The translations under genes and the position numbers were made by a program. Positions 52,123 to 63,800 of a stretch of 64,000 bases of DNA are shown here, piece after piece. The notes beneath the pieces were generated by a model. It was not told the origin of the DNA. It ran no database searches and was given only the letters and a program-made list of their open reading frames with translations. Source of the DNA: a virus; IMG/VR virus record IMGVR_UViG_3300029305_006397. One strand, 5' to 3'. The stretch's first letter is position 1. Each line of letters begins with the position of its first letter.

Positions 52123-53172
52123 GTGAATTGCTTGGATAGATTCAATAAAAAAATGAAGCTACATGGAAGCTCAATTAGAGAGGCGAACATTCGATATAGC
52201 CAAGAGCTGATCCAGGAAACATTTACCGATGATGCTTCATTTTCTTTAGGGATTTATTTTTGGGAGCTGGGTGTAAAAAGCTATGATGGAAGAGATACAA
52301 TCCCGATTCGAATTTATAAAAGGACGTTTTCTAATGCGAACGGCGTAACCATGAAGTTTCAAACATTACATGATATGCCAGTGGTTGTTGGAGATATTTT
52401 ATACGATTCAAAAGATAACTCATATTTGATTTGTACGGAGTCTTTTGATATAGATGGTATCCATTATCAAGGTAAGTTGACGCTTTGTAACTGGATTTTA
52501 AAGTGGCAGGATAAACATGGACGCATATTGGAATATCCATGTCATGATATAAATGCAACACAATATAATAGCGGAGAAAGAGGCAATCAGCAGTTTACTA
52601 TTGGTTCAAGCCAGCATTTGCTTGTGTTGCCATGTGATCAAAACACAATAGTTTTAAATACTCCTCAAAGATTCTTCCTTGATAAAAACATGGATAATCC
52701 AACGTCTTTTATTGTCACTCAGAATGATACGACAAGCTATAATTATGGATCAAAGGGATTGGTACGAGTTACTGTGATGCAGTGCCCTACAAATAATGCG
52801 ACGGATCGATTTGATTTGGGAGTATGTGATTATAGGGATTTTGAATCTGTTAGAACAGATAATATGACCTGTAAAACGGTTTCAAAATCTGTAATTACAT
52901 ATGAAACCAAAATCATTAAATCAGGTGGCGATCCGCAAAGATTTGTAGGCAGATTCTTTGATGAAAATGGTATAGAAATTACAGGTATTGAACCTGCGTG
53001 GATAATCACCAGTGATTTCAATGATAAATTAGAAGTGGAGACATCCGATAATTGGATTGAAATAGCGATTGATAATGATGAATTTATTGACGAAGAGTTG
53101 AAACTTACTCTTTCTGATAATGACGGTAATTATATATCAAATCTAATTATTCGGGTTGAATCGTTATTATAA
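52123..53172 (+). CDS. hypothetical structural protein (349 aa)
   Basis: GTG start 7 nt after AAAGGAGG. Confidence 0.55.
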   Translation: MNCLDRFNKKMKLHGSSIREANIRYSQELIQETFTDDASFSLGIYFWELGVKSYDGRDTIPIRIYKRTFSNANGVTMKFQTLHDMPVVVGDILYDSKDNSYLICTESFDIDGIHYQGKLTLCNWILKWQDKHGRILEYPCHDINATQYNSGERGNQQFTIGSSQHLLVLPCDQNTIVLNTPQRFFLDKNMDNPTSFIVTQNDTTSYNYGSKGLVRVTVMQCPTNNATDRFDLGVCDYRDFESVRTDNMTCKTVSKSVITYETKIIKSGGDPQRFVGRFFDENGIEITGIEPAWIITSDFNDKLEVETSDNWIEIAIDNDEFIDEELKLTLSDNDGNYISNLIIRVESLL

Positions 53173-53663
53173 TGGCGAATAGCTCTATTATTGGTACTGC
53201 AAAGAATAAAATCATCAAAGAGTTTATTAAAGACAACGACATTGTTCAAGCCATTGATAGCTCTACTATTACATCTCCCGAAAAACTATATAATACCCAT
53301 ATTTTTGATTATCATCAAAATCCCTATACATTAAACACCGTACAGACTTTTATTACAATTCAAGTGCATATTCCAGAATCTTTTTATGATGCAGATGGAA
53401 CATTTATTAACCCTACAGTAGAAATATGGATTATATCGCATGAAAGCCATATGAGAGTTGATAATGTTCCAAAGGTTACACAAAATCGAAATGATTACTT
53501 GTCTTCTTTGATAGATCACAAATTGAATGGAAGATCGGGATTCGGTATTGGCAAAATGAAACTTTCAAGCAATGTAGAAGGTTCATATCAGCAAGATTAT
53601 TTATATCGTAAATTGACGTTCAAATGTACTGATTTAAACAATACCTTATGCGAAATAGAATAG
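53172..53663 (+). CDS. hypothetical structural protein (163 aa)
   Basis: TAATG coupling to the upstream gene. Confidence 0.55.
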   Translation: MANSSIIGTAKNKIIKEFIKDNDIVQAIDSSTITSPEKLYNTHIFDYHQNPYTLNTVQTFITIQVHIPESFYDADGTFINPTVEIWIISHESHMRVDNVPKVTQNRNDYLSSLIDHKLNGRSGFGIGKMKLSSNVEGSYQQDYLYRKLTFKCTDLNNTLCEIE

Positions 53664-53673
53664 GTGATGGAAT

Positions 53674-54480
53674 ATGTTTGAAGTAGATGAAATGATGCTA
53701 TATAGAGGCAAAGATATAGAATTGACGCCTCAGATTATAGTAACACAGCCCACGATTGATCAAATTATAGAGTTTGGCGAAAGGCGATATTTTAGCGCCG
53801 TACAGACTTTAACTGCTGTTGGAGCAGATTTGAAATGGCAGTTGTGGGATGCAGGTGAAGATTATACGAAAATCGATGATTACGATTTATTTGTAAGATT
53901 GATTTTTAGGATGGTGTCCAGCCAAAAAGAATTGCTTGAAAAAATGCCGAACGAAGAACGCGCAAAACTCACCGAGGAAGAAAAAAAAGAGTATCTTATT
54001 AATCCTCTTCAATTGATATTGAAAGACATTGATTTTGTGAATTTCGTTCCAATGGCACATGTGCAAAACAAAGAAATTGTTTTATACGATAAAGCGCAAG
54101 ATATAATGATCGGCAGAATGACATATATGCGTCTAGTAGATACTATTCGAAAAATGCATGGATACAAAAGAAATAATGAAACACCTGCCAATGAAAAAAC
54201 TAAAATGGATTTGATTGAAGATGCCAGAGATGAATATGCGGCAAATTTAAACAAACCATATAAAAGTGTTCTATTGCCTCTGGTTTCGACGTTGTCTGTA
54301 AAAAGCGGACAATACGGCGGAGATGGCATTTGGAACATGAAGATAAACCGCTTTTTCTATGACATTAAACGAATAGGGAAAGTGCAAGATGCTACCATGC
54401 TGCTGCAAGGAGCATATTCTGGGTTCGCCAATTTAAAGGGCGTTGACAAAACTCGCCTGGATATTTGGGGAGACTTATAA
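53674..54480 (+). CDS. hypothetical structural protein (268 aa)
   Basis: Track ORF in the head-tail joining region. Confidence 0.55.
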   Translation: MFEVDEMMLYRGKDIELTPQIIVTQPTIDQIIEFGERRYFSAVQTLTAVGADLKWQLWDAGEDYTKIDDYDLFVRLIFRMVSSQKELLEKMPNEERAKLTEEEKKEYLINPLQLILKDIDFVNFVPMAHVQNKEIVLYDKAQDIMIGRMTYMRLVDTIRKMHGYKRNNETPANEKTKMDLIEDARDEYAANLNKPYKSVLLPLVSTLSVKSGQYGGDGIWNMKINRFFYDIKRIGKVQDATMLLQGAYSGFANLKGVDKTRLDIWGDL

Positions 54481-54500
54481 ACTTAATACATCATTCGACT

Positions 54501-54529
54501 GGCTTTCGTTTAAACGGGAGCCTATTTTG
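54501..54529 (+). terminator. hairpin plus T-run before the major tail gene
   Basis: GGCTTTCG-TTTAAA-CGGGAGCC (two G:U pairs) followed by TATTTTGATT. Confidence 0.4.
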
Positions 54530-54545
54530 ATTGGAGGAAAATACT

Positions 54546-55334
54546 ATGGCATTTAATAAGAATGAACTGATTCTGGATCGCGTTCGCTCTCTGGTTGCTT
54601 TTGATCTGGAAACTGAAAAGATGCTGCTGCGTCTGACCTCTCTGGAAGACCCTTCTTTGAATTGTACCGCAGAAGGCGAAGAAGTTGTTGACGCTATCGG
54701 CGCTCTGATTACCACTCTGTATCGTGCTAAGAAGGCCACTTTCTCTGCGACTAATTCTCTGGTTTCTCTCGATCTGGCTGCTGCACAGTATGGTACTAAG
54801 AAGGTTATTGGCGCTCAGGATGCAAAGATTACCGATTATACCTATGAAATCATTAAGATTCCTGCTGACGCTACTACTGTTACCCTGAAGCATAAGCCTG
54901 CAAACGATATTAAGTGGATTTATTCTATTGCAAATAATGACGTAGGTACTGCTTACGGTGCTGGTGCAGACGCTTCTGAAACTGAGTTTGTTATTGATAA
55001 GACCACTGGCACTATCACTCTGCCTACTGGCCTGAAGGGTAGCATTTATGTTGAATATCAGTTTGAAAATGAAAACGCTTTGATGATCAGCAATAAGGCA
55101 TCTAACTTCCCGGAGGCTTGCAGCGTAGTTATCTATGCTTACTTCCGTGATAAGTGCAATGAAAACCTGCTGTATTCCGGCAAGATTATTTGCCGTAAGG
55201 CAAAGCTGAATCCTGAACAGGTAGAGTTGGCTCTGACTTCCACTGGCAAGCACGCCTTCGAGTTCCAGATGTTCAAGGATTATTGCGCAGAGGAAGGCGA
55301 CGATGAATTGTTCGCCATCATCGTATCCGAATAA
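54546..55334 (+). CDS. putative major tail protein (262 aa)
   Basis: Optimized codon usage like the capsid gene. Its 19-nt initiation region is identical to that of 49357. A strong terminator follows it. Lies upstream of the chaperone/tape-measure genes. Confidence 0.55.
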   Translation: MAFNKNELILDRVRSLVAFDLETEKMLLRLTSLEDPSLNCTAEGEEVVDAIGALITTLYRAKKATFSATNSLVSLDLAAAQYGTKKVIGAQDAKITDYTYEIIKIPADATTVTLKHKPANDIKWIYSIANNDVGTAYGAGADASETEFVIDKTTGTITLPTGLKGSIYVEYQFENENALMISNKASNFPEACSVVIYAYFRDKCNENLLYSGKIICRKAKLNPEQVELALTSTGKHAFEFQMFKDYCAEEGDDELFAIIVSE

Positions 55335-55350
55335 TATTGGATATTGTATT

Positions 55351-55389
55351 GGGATGGGGGAGTTATACTCCCCTCCCTTATTATTTTTT
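55351..55389 (+). terminator. intrinsic terminator
   Basis: GGGGGAG-TTATA-CTCCCCT followed by TTATTATTTTTT. Confidence 0.7.
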
Positions 55390-55406
55390 GATTGGAGGTG
55401 TTTGTT

Positions 55407-55790
55407 ATGGCTGAAAAAAATAAAATGAATGCTGTTTGTGCTATTTGCGGACGAGAATACTATATGTGTTTGAGTTGCGAAGAGCATAGAAAGCTGAATC
55501 CTTGGAAGCGATACACAGATACATCTGAGCACTATAAGATTTTTCAGATTTTGCATGGCGTAACTATTGGAGTCTACGATAAAGAAGAGGCAAAATCAAA
55601 ACTGCTGACGGTTGATTTATCTGACAAAGAAACTTTTAAGGATAATATTCTCAAGAAAATTAATGACATTCTGAAAGAAGATACGAAGCACGTTGAAGTT
55701 CCCGCAGAAGAGCTCAACGAAGAAAACGTGGCTGAAAAGCCTAAGTATATCCGAAAAAGGAAACAACCTGATGTAGTGGAAGTGGAATAA
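55407..55790 (+). CDS. hypothetical zinc-ribbon protein (127 aa)
   Basis: ATG follows GGAGGTG. CAICG...CLSC. Confidence 0.55.
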   Translation: MAEKNKMNAVCAICGREYYMCLSCEEHRKLNPWKRYTDTSEHYKIFQILHGVTIGVYDKEEAKSKLLTVDLSDKETFKDNILKKINDILKEDTKHVEVPAEELNEENVAEKPKYIRKRKQPDVVEVE

Positions 55791-55914
55791 ACACATTTTT
55801 TGCGCATCGGGACAGATGTGTGAATAAGGTTTATTATAGGAAGACATTATTTACACTACACCAGTGGATTGATGACTTCCTTTTTTTTACGGTAGAGAAA
55901 GAAGTGTGAAGTGA

Positions 55915-56121
55915 ATGACAAAAAGTGATATAACAGGCATTCTTTACGCAGATGAAAGCTGTGTATTCTTTAGAAACCCAAAGCAATCCGCATTTTATAA
56001 ATTTCGAGGTGCGGAACTGGTAGATTTGTTTGTTGACGATAAACTTCAATTTGTATATGTGTTTTGGAAAGCAGATCACGATAAATTGAAAATGGAATGG
56101 CAAGAGCGCAGCCACGATTGA
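55915..56121 (+). CDS. hypothetical protein (68 aa)
   Basis: Track ORF. Weak SD. Confidence 0.4.
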   Translation: MTKSDITGILYADESCVFFRNPKQSAFYKFRGAELVDLFVDDKLQFVYVFWKADHDKLKMEWQERSHD

Positions 56122-56134
56122 GAGGTGTTGTGCT

Positions 56135-56662
56135 TTGGAGAACCCAGGAAAAAAATTTGAAGACGATTTTAAAAACAGTATGCCAGAATACTGTATGGTA
56201 CATAGATTAAAAGATACGGCACAGGCATATAATCAAAGCACCAATACAAAATTCACACGGCATAACAAGTGTGATTTTTTTATATTTGATTCTATTCGGA
56301 AAACTTTGTATTGTTTTGAATGTAAATCAACGAAATACAAATCAATGGCTTGGCAGCAAGATGAGGATGCTCCGGATAGATTGATTAAATGGCATCAAAT
56401 TGAGTCATTAACGAAGCTTGGGAAATACAATGGTATTGAAGCTGGATTTATATGCAATTTTAGAGACGAAAAGAATAACATGGAGCGATGTTATTTTATA
56501 GAAATATCCCTTTTTAATGCGATGCGCGGACGAAGTAGTAAAAAATCATTTGATGAGATCGACTTAATTCAGAATGGAGCTATTCGAATTAAAGGGGATA
56601 GAAAAATAAAAAGATACCATTGGAATATGAATGAATTTTTTGAAAGAGGTATGAAGATATGA
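56135..56662 (+). CDS. recU: RecU-like Holliday junction resolvase (PD-(D/E)xK nuclease)
   Basis: GKKFEDDF..., CDFFIFD...YCFECKST (D...ExK), KWHQIESL matches the RecU HQIEH motif. TTG start 7 nt after GAGAGGTG. Confidence 0.65.
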   Translation: MENPGKKFEDDFKNSMPEYCMVHRLKDTAQAYNQSTNTKFTRHNKCDFFIFDSIRKTLYCFECKSTKYKSMAWQQDEDAPDRLIKWHQIESLTKLGKYNGIEAGFICNFRDEKNNMERCYFIEISLFNAMRGRSSKKSFDEIDLIQNGAIRIKGDRKIKRYHWNMNEFFERGMKI

Positions 56663-57279
56663 AGAATGGTGTATATGTGTTTGACGGAGTAGAAAAAGAA
56701 TATAACTATATTACTGATATGACTGCATTGACAAAAGCAAGGTTCGTTACGATGGTTTCTCAATTGCTGATTGGAGAGGATTATTTATCCATTCTTAGGA
56801 ATCTGGTGTTTGATTTTATTCTGATTAAATTGATGACGGATGTAGATGTTTCCTATATTACTGATCCTGAGAATGCAGATTGTATCTCTATGATGGAGGA
56901 ATTTGTATTGGGGTCTGGAATTGCCGAAACGCTAAAGACCGATATGCGCGAAGGTTTATTAGATGAATTGAATAAAGCCGTGGATGACAATATTGAATAT
57001 CGCACTGGTATTCATAAGAGTCCTATTGCAGATGCAGTCGCCAATCTTGTAAAAACACTTGAGAAACAAGTGCAGAATATTGATGCGGGAAAAATTATGG
57101 GGATCGCAGAAGCATTAAGCAAAATCAGCGGAGAATTTACTCCTGAAAAAGTTAATGAGGCGTATTTCAATAGTCCGATGTTTAAGCAGAGACAAGCGGA
57201 GTTGCTTGCTGAACGCGGAAAGCGCGACGATGCACTTAATGCTGTTATGGTCGAATTTGCAAATAAGAAAAAGAAGTGA
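56659..57279 (+). CDS. hypothetical protein, tail assembly chaperone candidate (206 aa)
   Basis: Called only by position upstream of the tape-measure gene. Acidic. Confidence 0.45.
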   Translation: MKNGVYVFDGVEKEYNYITDMTALTKARFVTMVSQLLIGEDYLSILRNLVFDFILIKLMTDVDVSYITDPENADCISMMEEFVLGSGIAETLKTDMREGLLDELNKAVDDNIEYRTGIHKSPIADAVANLVKTLEKQVQNIDAGKIMGIAEALSKISGEFTPEKVNEAYFNSPMFKQRQAELLAERGKRDDALNAVMVEFANKKKK

Positions 57280-57284
57280 CGCAA

Positions 57285-57734
57285 ATGGATTTTAGAAGCA
57301 TAAGCGACTTGGAAGATTATTTGCTTTCTAAATGCAAGGAAGCTGTAAATTTAATGCAAGCAAGTGCATTTCAGGTTATAGAAGGATTTATAAAACAATA
57401 TTACGCAGAATATGACCCTGTAATGTACGAGCGCACATATCAATTATTCAAATCTTTGGTAAAGTCTGAAATACGGCCCACGGCAAATGGTTGGGAAGCT
57501 GATGTATATTTTGACTTGGAAAGACTAGATTATCATGTAAAAAAAATAAATGGTGTTTTATATGACAACAAAGGGTGGTCTGAACAAAAAACTCTGTCTT
57601 CAGCTGCACATGGTCATCATGGAGGAAAGTATGCTGGGACGGCTATTTGGGATGAGCCGATGATTGTTTTGACAAAACATCAAAGAAGCATATTAAAGAA
57701 TGCTTTATTAAATGCTGGCATTCCGGTGAGATAA
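57285..57734 (+). CDS. hypothetical protein (149 aa)
   Basis: Track ORF trimmed to the first ATG. Confidence 0.5.
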   Translation: MDFRSISDLEDYLLSKCKEAVNLMQASAFQVIEGFIKQYYAEYDPVMYERTYQLFKSLVKSEIRPTANGWEADVYFDLERLDYHVKKINGVLYDNKGWSEQKTLSSAAHGHHGGKYAGTAIWDEPMIVLTKHQRSILKNALLNAGIPVR

Positions 57735-57758
57735 CCGGAATGCCGTTTTATTTTGTTT
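57717..57758 (+). terminator. intrinsic terminator overlapping the stop codon
   Basis: GGCATTCCGG-TGAGATAA-CCGGAATGCC followed by GTTTTATTTTGTTT. A second weaker hairpin lies at about 57777-57800. Confidence 0.65.
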
Positions 57759-57840
57759 GAAATTACCGCACCTTTTTGCGGGTGCGTTTACTGGCCGTTT
57801 TACGGCTTTGATGCACTTTACGAAAAGGATGTGATTACAT

Positions 57841-60800
57841 ATGGCGGATGAAAGATTTAGAGCGTTACTTAGTGCAGAGTTAGAATCTGGTGCGCTTGAT
57901 AATATAAAGAAACAACTTAATGGATTGAGCGAAGAGCCAATTCGAATTGGGATTGAGCTTGATCTTAGAGAGACACAAAGGCAATTAAATGCTATTACTG
58001 ACACTTTTCGGGATTTAAACCGGACAATGAGAGGTTTACGTTTCGAAAATCTATTTCATAATTTCAATTCTTCTTCTGCGAGTTTAAGAAGAATCGCGGA
58101 AACATTTGGAAATTTAGAAGATAACATTGTAGGTATTCGCAATGCGTTAGGTACTATTGATAACGATGCCGGAATTGCATCAATTACACAAACGATAAAC
58201 GAGATGAACCGCGCAACTGCAAACGCTGTTGATCAAATGCGAGAGCTAATTGAAGTCACTCGTAATCAAAATTTTAGTTTTAATCTCAATATGGGTGCTG
58301 GCAATACGACGGCGGCTTATGGTAGAGCTGCAAGACAAAGCATTGCAGAGTTGCGTCAGCAGGCATCAGCTATTGAAGAAGCGTTCCGTGTTGCTACAAA
58401 TGCAACACAAGGATATGAGGCCGTTTTCAGGGCTGCTGCCGGAACCAATCAAATGGGCAGACTTTTTGAGATTGCGCCTAATATTGGCGATACAACTCAA
58501 AGTTTGCGACAACAGATGGACGTATACAGAGAGTATATACAGATTCAGCAAGAAATTGCTAGGATTAGAGGTATTGATCTTTCAGGAGTTACCGCTGGAT
58601 TTGTACGATCTGCAAATGAAATTATTGATGCTGCTGAACGAGTTCAAGATGGTACTGCCCAAACAGAACAAAACATTGAGCGGTTAAGAGGCATTTTAGG
58701 TGGCGGTATTGGAGCCGAAGAATTGGCTGCGCAGATCGACCGTGTATGCAGCAGTCTCGAAGAGATCAGAACTTCGTTAAGTGGACTCGGAGAAAATATT
58801 CGACTTGACGGGCTGACCGCCTCTTTTGACAGATTATCTGCTACGATTGAAAATCTATTGCATAATGCAACGATTATTAGAACCGTGTTGGGAAATGGCC
58901 TTGGAGCCGCTGGATCGCAGATTAATGACGTTGTTCAAAGCACGGGACGGCTTTACGATATCAATTTAGATACGATGTCTTCTGAAATTGGCAATGTAAC
59001 GGAAGCCATGAGGCGATTGGGGTTCTGTGACGAATCAATTCGATCTGTAACGGATAGTCTTTCAAATATGGAAATTGCCATTCGAAAGATTACCATTGCC
59101 ACAAGAAATACTGGAGGTATTAACCTTTCCATTGAAGGAAAGAACCAATATGGAGATACAGTTACCAATCGAAGATCGGTATATGAAGTGCAGGAAGAAG
59201 GAACCATGTTCCCGACGCTTATCAACGAGGATCGTGGCACAAGGTTGGTTCGCACATTCAAAGAAATTGATGCGGCTTATTCCGAATTGAAAAAATCAAT
59301 TCAGGAAATGAGCAGCCTGGAAGGCAAGCTTGTTGGCCTTGACGCTAGAGAAAATATGGCCGAAATTGTTGCTGTTAATAATCGACTTCGTGAGTTACAG
59401 CAACGGATCGTTGACCTATACGACACGCACGGCAACGATTTTTCTGCTGAACAAATTCGGAATTTAGATATGGTGGCGGCTTCTGCCGCAGAAAGCCTTA
59501 CACAACTGAGGGCAAGAACCCAAGATGCGGCAAATCATGACGCCGTAAATCAATCGTTTAGGGAACTTGGAGATACAATCCGGCGAATTGGTAGCCTGGA
59601 AGGCAAGCTGCTTTCTCTTGATCCAAATAAGGATCAGGCGCAAATTGAAGAATTGCGCAGAGAATTGGATGCTTTATACCTTTCATACAATCGGATATTT
59701 GCAGAAAACCGACATCGTTTTTCTACGAATCAGATAGACCAGCTCGAAAACGAATTTCAATCTGCAGCTGAAAAAGTAGCTATTCTTGACGCGAAGCTGC
59801 AAGATGTTTCTGCAGCGAAGTTGAAAGCGCAGATTGACGAGATTAACAGAGGATTGGATACTTCCAAATACGAGAAGGAAGTTAAATCGGTAGAAGCTGC
59901 TTTTAAAAAGCTTGGAGTTCAGAGCGACGCGGCGAAAGAGGCAATTAGGCAGCTTAAAGAATCATTTGAAACATTAAAAGAATCCAAAGGCAATGAAGAA
60001 GCCATGCTTGCTGCGGCAACAGCTTATGCGACGGCTTTGGAGAAGGCCAAGAATATTGTAGATATTGACAAACTTAATCCTAGACAACAATTGACCAGTG
60101 AAATTAAAACATGGCTTACTCAGAATGGCAATGCAGCAGCTGACGCCAGAGCAGAAGTTGAAAAATTGCTCCAGACTATTGAAGCTTGCAGTGAGACGGA
60201 TATCGATAAACACGCAGCTGAATGGGGGCGATTAAAAAAAGCAATTGATAGTTCGCAGGATTCAGCTCTGAATTTACAAAATGTAATTACAAAACTTGCA
60301 TCGCAGTATTTATCCTTTACTGATATTTGTAATTACATAAAGATGGCCTTCAAGGCAATGTATGAAAACGTCCTTGAAATTGATACGGCAATGACCAATC
60401 TGTACAAGGTTACAGATGAAACGGCAGATAGGTACGACAAGTTCCTAACAACCGCTGCCAAGAAATCCAAAGACCTTGGAAGAAATATGGCAAGCTATAT
60501 CGAGCAGACAGCTGACTGGACAAAGCTCGGTTATTCATTGGACGAAGCAGAGCAGTTATCCGAACTTTCCAGCGTTTATTCAAACGTAGGTGAAGTAGAC
60601 GATTCTACAGCTGTAAGTGATATAGTTACGGCTATGAAGGCTTTTAATATTGAAGCCAAAGATGCTGTGAAAATTATCGATAGTTTGAATGAGCTTGGAA
60701 ACAGGTTCGCTACAAACGCTGCCGATCTGGGAACAGGTTTGACAAAATCTGCTTCTGCTATGAACGCAGCTGGAGTAGATATGCAGCATACGTTAGCAAT

Positions 60801-63800
60801 GCTGACTGGTATTACCGAGATTACTCAGAACTCTTCTGAGGCGGGTAACGCGCTTAAAGTGTTTAGCATGCGCATCCGTGGCATGAAGGGAGAGTTGGAA
60901 GAACTTGGTGAAGAAGTAGGCGAAAACGTAGATTCCATCAGCAAGGTGCAGACTCAGATTCTGAATCTGACCAAAGGCAAAGTTAACATATTTGACGATG
61001 CCGGACAATTCAGAGATTATTATGAGATTATGCAAGATATTGCTAATGAATGGGACAAACTGAATAGTATTGATAGGTCTAATCTCTCTGAAATTCTGTT
61101 TGGTAAAATGCGTGGAAACCAAGGTCAGGCGTTGATCCAGGCATTCCAATCCGGTCAAATTACAAAAGCCCTTGAAACCGCACAGAAATCCGCTGGTTCT
61201 GCGATGGCAGAGCAGGAAAAATGGATGGAGAGCCTGGAAGCAAAGCTTGGCTCTCTGGATGCAGTTATTCAGAAGATTTCTGAAAATGTCTTAGATTCAG
61301 ATTTGCTTAAAGGTGGCATCGATCTGCTTACCGGGATTTTGTCTGTAGTTGAGCAGATTACGGATAGTCTTGGTTCGTTTGGTACTTTGTTAGTTGGATT
61401 ACCGATTGGTATTTTTGCAGGTGGCGCTGTTAATGAATTGGTTAGACTCGCAACTGCCGCAGCAAATACGGCCGAAGGCTTTAATTTACTGGGTAGTATT
61501 GGGCCTGCATTGAATGTAGGATTCAAGTCTGTAACCAAAGCTGTTGGTGGATTAAAAGGAGCGTTTGCCGCATTAGGAAAAGTAATTGCAGCAAATCCGA
61601 TTTTAGCAATTGCAACTGGCGTGTTAACTGTAATTTCTATTATAGAAGCTGTTCATACTTCAGCAAGCGAAGCCGCCGAAAAGTTTAACGATGCTGTTGC
61701 GGAATATGATACCGCAAAGCAAAAGGTTGCCGATGTAAATACAGAACTGAATACATGCATTTCCAGGATGGAAGAGCTTGAACGGAAAAAGGGATTAACT
61801 TTTGTTGAGCAGCAAGAGTTAGAAGATTTAAGAGAAGCAACGGCACTTTTGGAAACTCAGGCCCTTTTGGCAGAAAAAGAAGTGCAAAGAAAGGCTAAGG
61901 AAGTTGCCACATCTGCTTATGAATCTTATGATAAGAATTTTGGAAGCTTCAATGATGAAGCACTTGAGTATTATACAAAAATGTATGATACAAGTATGAG
62001 TGGTAGGCACAAGGAATGGCAAAAGTATGACGCTAAAAATTTAGCCAGCATGTTCGGAGCTTATACTGAGGCGGTAAAAGCTAAAAATGAGCTTGAAGCA
62101 ACAATGGCTCGGTATGCGAACGGAGAATCTATTTCTGCTGCAGAATTTGCATCGATTCAAGGATATGAAACTTTTATTTCTGAATATGATCAATTGGTCG
62201 CAGATATTGAAGCTTCTATTACCACTTTAAATGGATATCAACTTAATTTAGCATCGTTGCCAGAAGAAACTTTTTCTGAATTTCCTTGGCTTAAAGCGTT
62301 TAAAAACGAGGTAGATTCAGCAGTAGACTACTACTTGCAAGTTTTTGAACCAGGTGTTTGGAAGCAACAACAGTATGATGCATTATTTGATACTGAACCA
62401 TACGCAGCAGCCAAAAAAGCATTGCTCGAAATAGCTTCTGCGAATAAAACTGTTGGTGTGACACTTGATGATGTGAAAACTCAATTTGGTGATTCATACG
62501 GCACATTCCTTGAAGATTTATGGGCAGCTGGCTTTGAGCTTGAAGATTTTATTAATAATATCAATTCTGAGGCAGGAATTATTGATTTAAATACTGCAAG
62601 CAAACAAACTCTTAAAGATTTTTACGAAGCAAATGATATTGATCCTGAAGGTGAAAACGAGGTCGGAATAAATGTAGAAGTAGGCGTCAATGAAAGGCCG
62701 AATCAATCCGGCTTAACTGTACTTCAATTGATGGATTATATTGATAGTCTGAACGAAGAAGATAAGGTTTTATTCTATTCTCTTGAAATTGATTGGAGTA
62801 CCGCGACTATCGAAGACATTGAATCAATGATGGCATCTGCCAAACTTGGAACAGAAGGTGGCAAGATATCATTTGCAGATTTAATGGGAGACAAAGAATA
62901 TTTGGCCTTTATTGAAGAACAGACCAAAAAAGCTACGGCTTTAAAAGAAGCTTTGGCATTGATCGATGAAGGTAAAATAGAAAAAATTGATTATCAAGGT
63001 TTGCAAGAATTATTCAAGACTCCAGTAACTACCGAAACGTCAAGAGACTGGTATTCAAATCAATTAATAGCATTAGAAACAGAAACAAATGAAGCTATTG
63101 ATCAATATGTAGCATTGGGAGAAGATGCTGTTGCTCAAACTCAAATTGCTTCGCAGAAGAATGTATTAAAACCTGCATTTACATATGACCCAGAAGCAGT
63201 TGATCCAAGCAAGATTACTGACTATATTGATGCCGCAGAAAATCTTTATTCATATTTAGAAGATGGAATTGAAAGAAAAGATTTAATGGGATTGGCTTAT
63301 GATATGCCGGAACTTGGTATCAACTGGACTGTGGCTCAAGATGAACTTGACGCCGAAGCCACAAAAGCAATAAAAAATATTCGAAGATCAATTGTTGATT
63401 TTTATAGTGAGCAATATGATGCAGCTACAAGTGCAGCTGAAAGAGCAAGAATTATTAATGAACAAAGAGCTGTTCTCTCAATATTTGATCTGCTTGGAAT
63501 TAAAGATGCCGAAAGCTTCGATTTTGAAGATACTTCTCAAATTAGATCGATTATAAGTGGATTGCAGGATGATCTTAGAGACGTAATTTCCGGAGAAATG
63601 AGTGAAGCAGAGAAAGCCAGTATGGTAACTGATCTGCTAGAAAACCATTCTGAGGTGCTGCTTGAAGCCGGAATTACAAATCTCAACACCAGTAATCTGG
63701 AAGAAAGTTTAAATACTCTGATTACCACTTACAAGGATCGGATTGTATCTATTCTAACGACTGCGCGAGATGCACTTAACCCGACTGATAATGCAAATGA

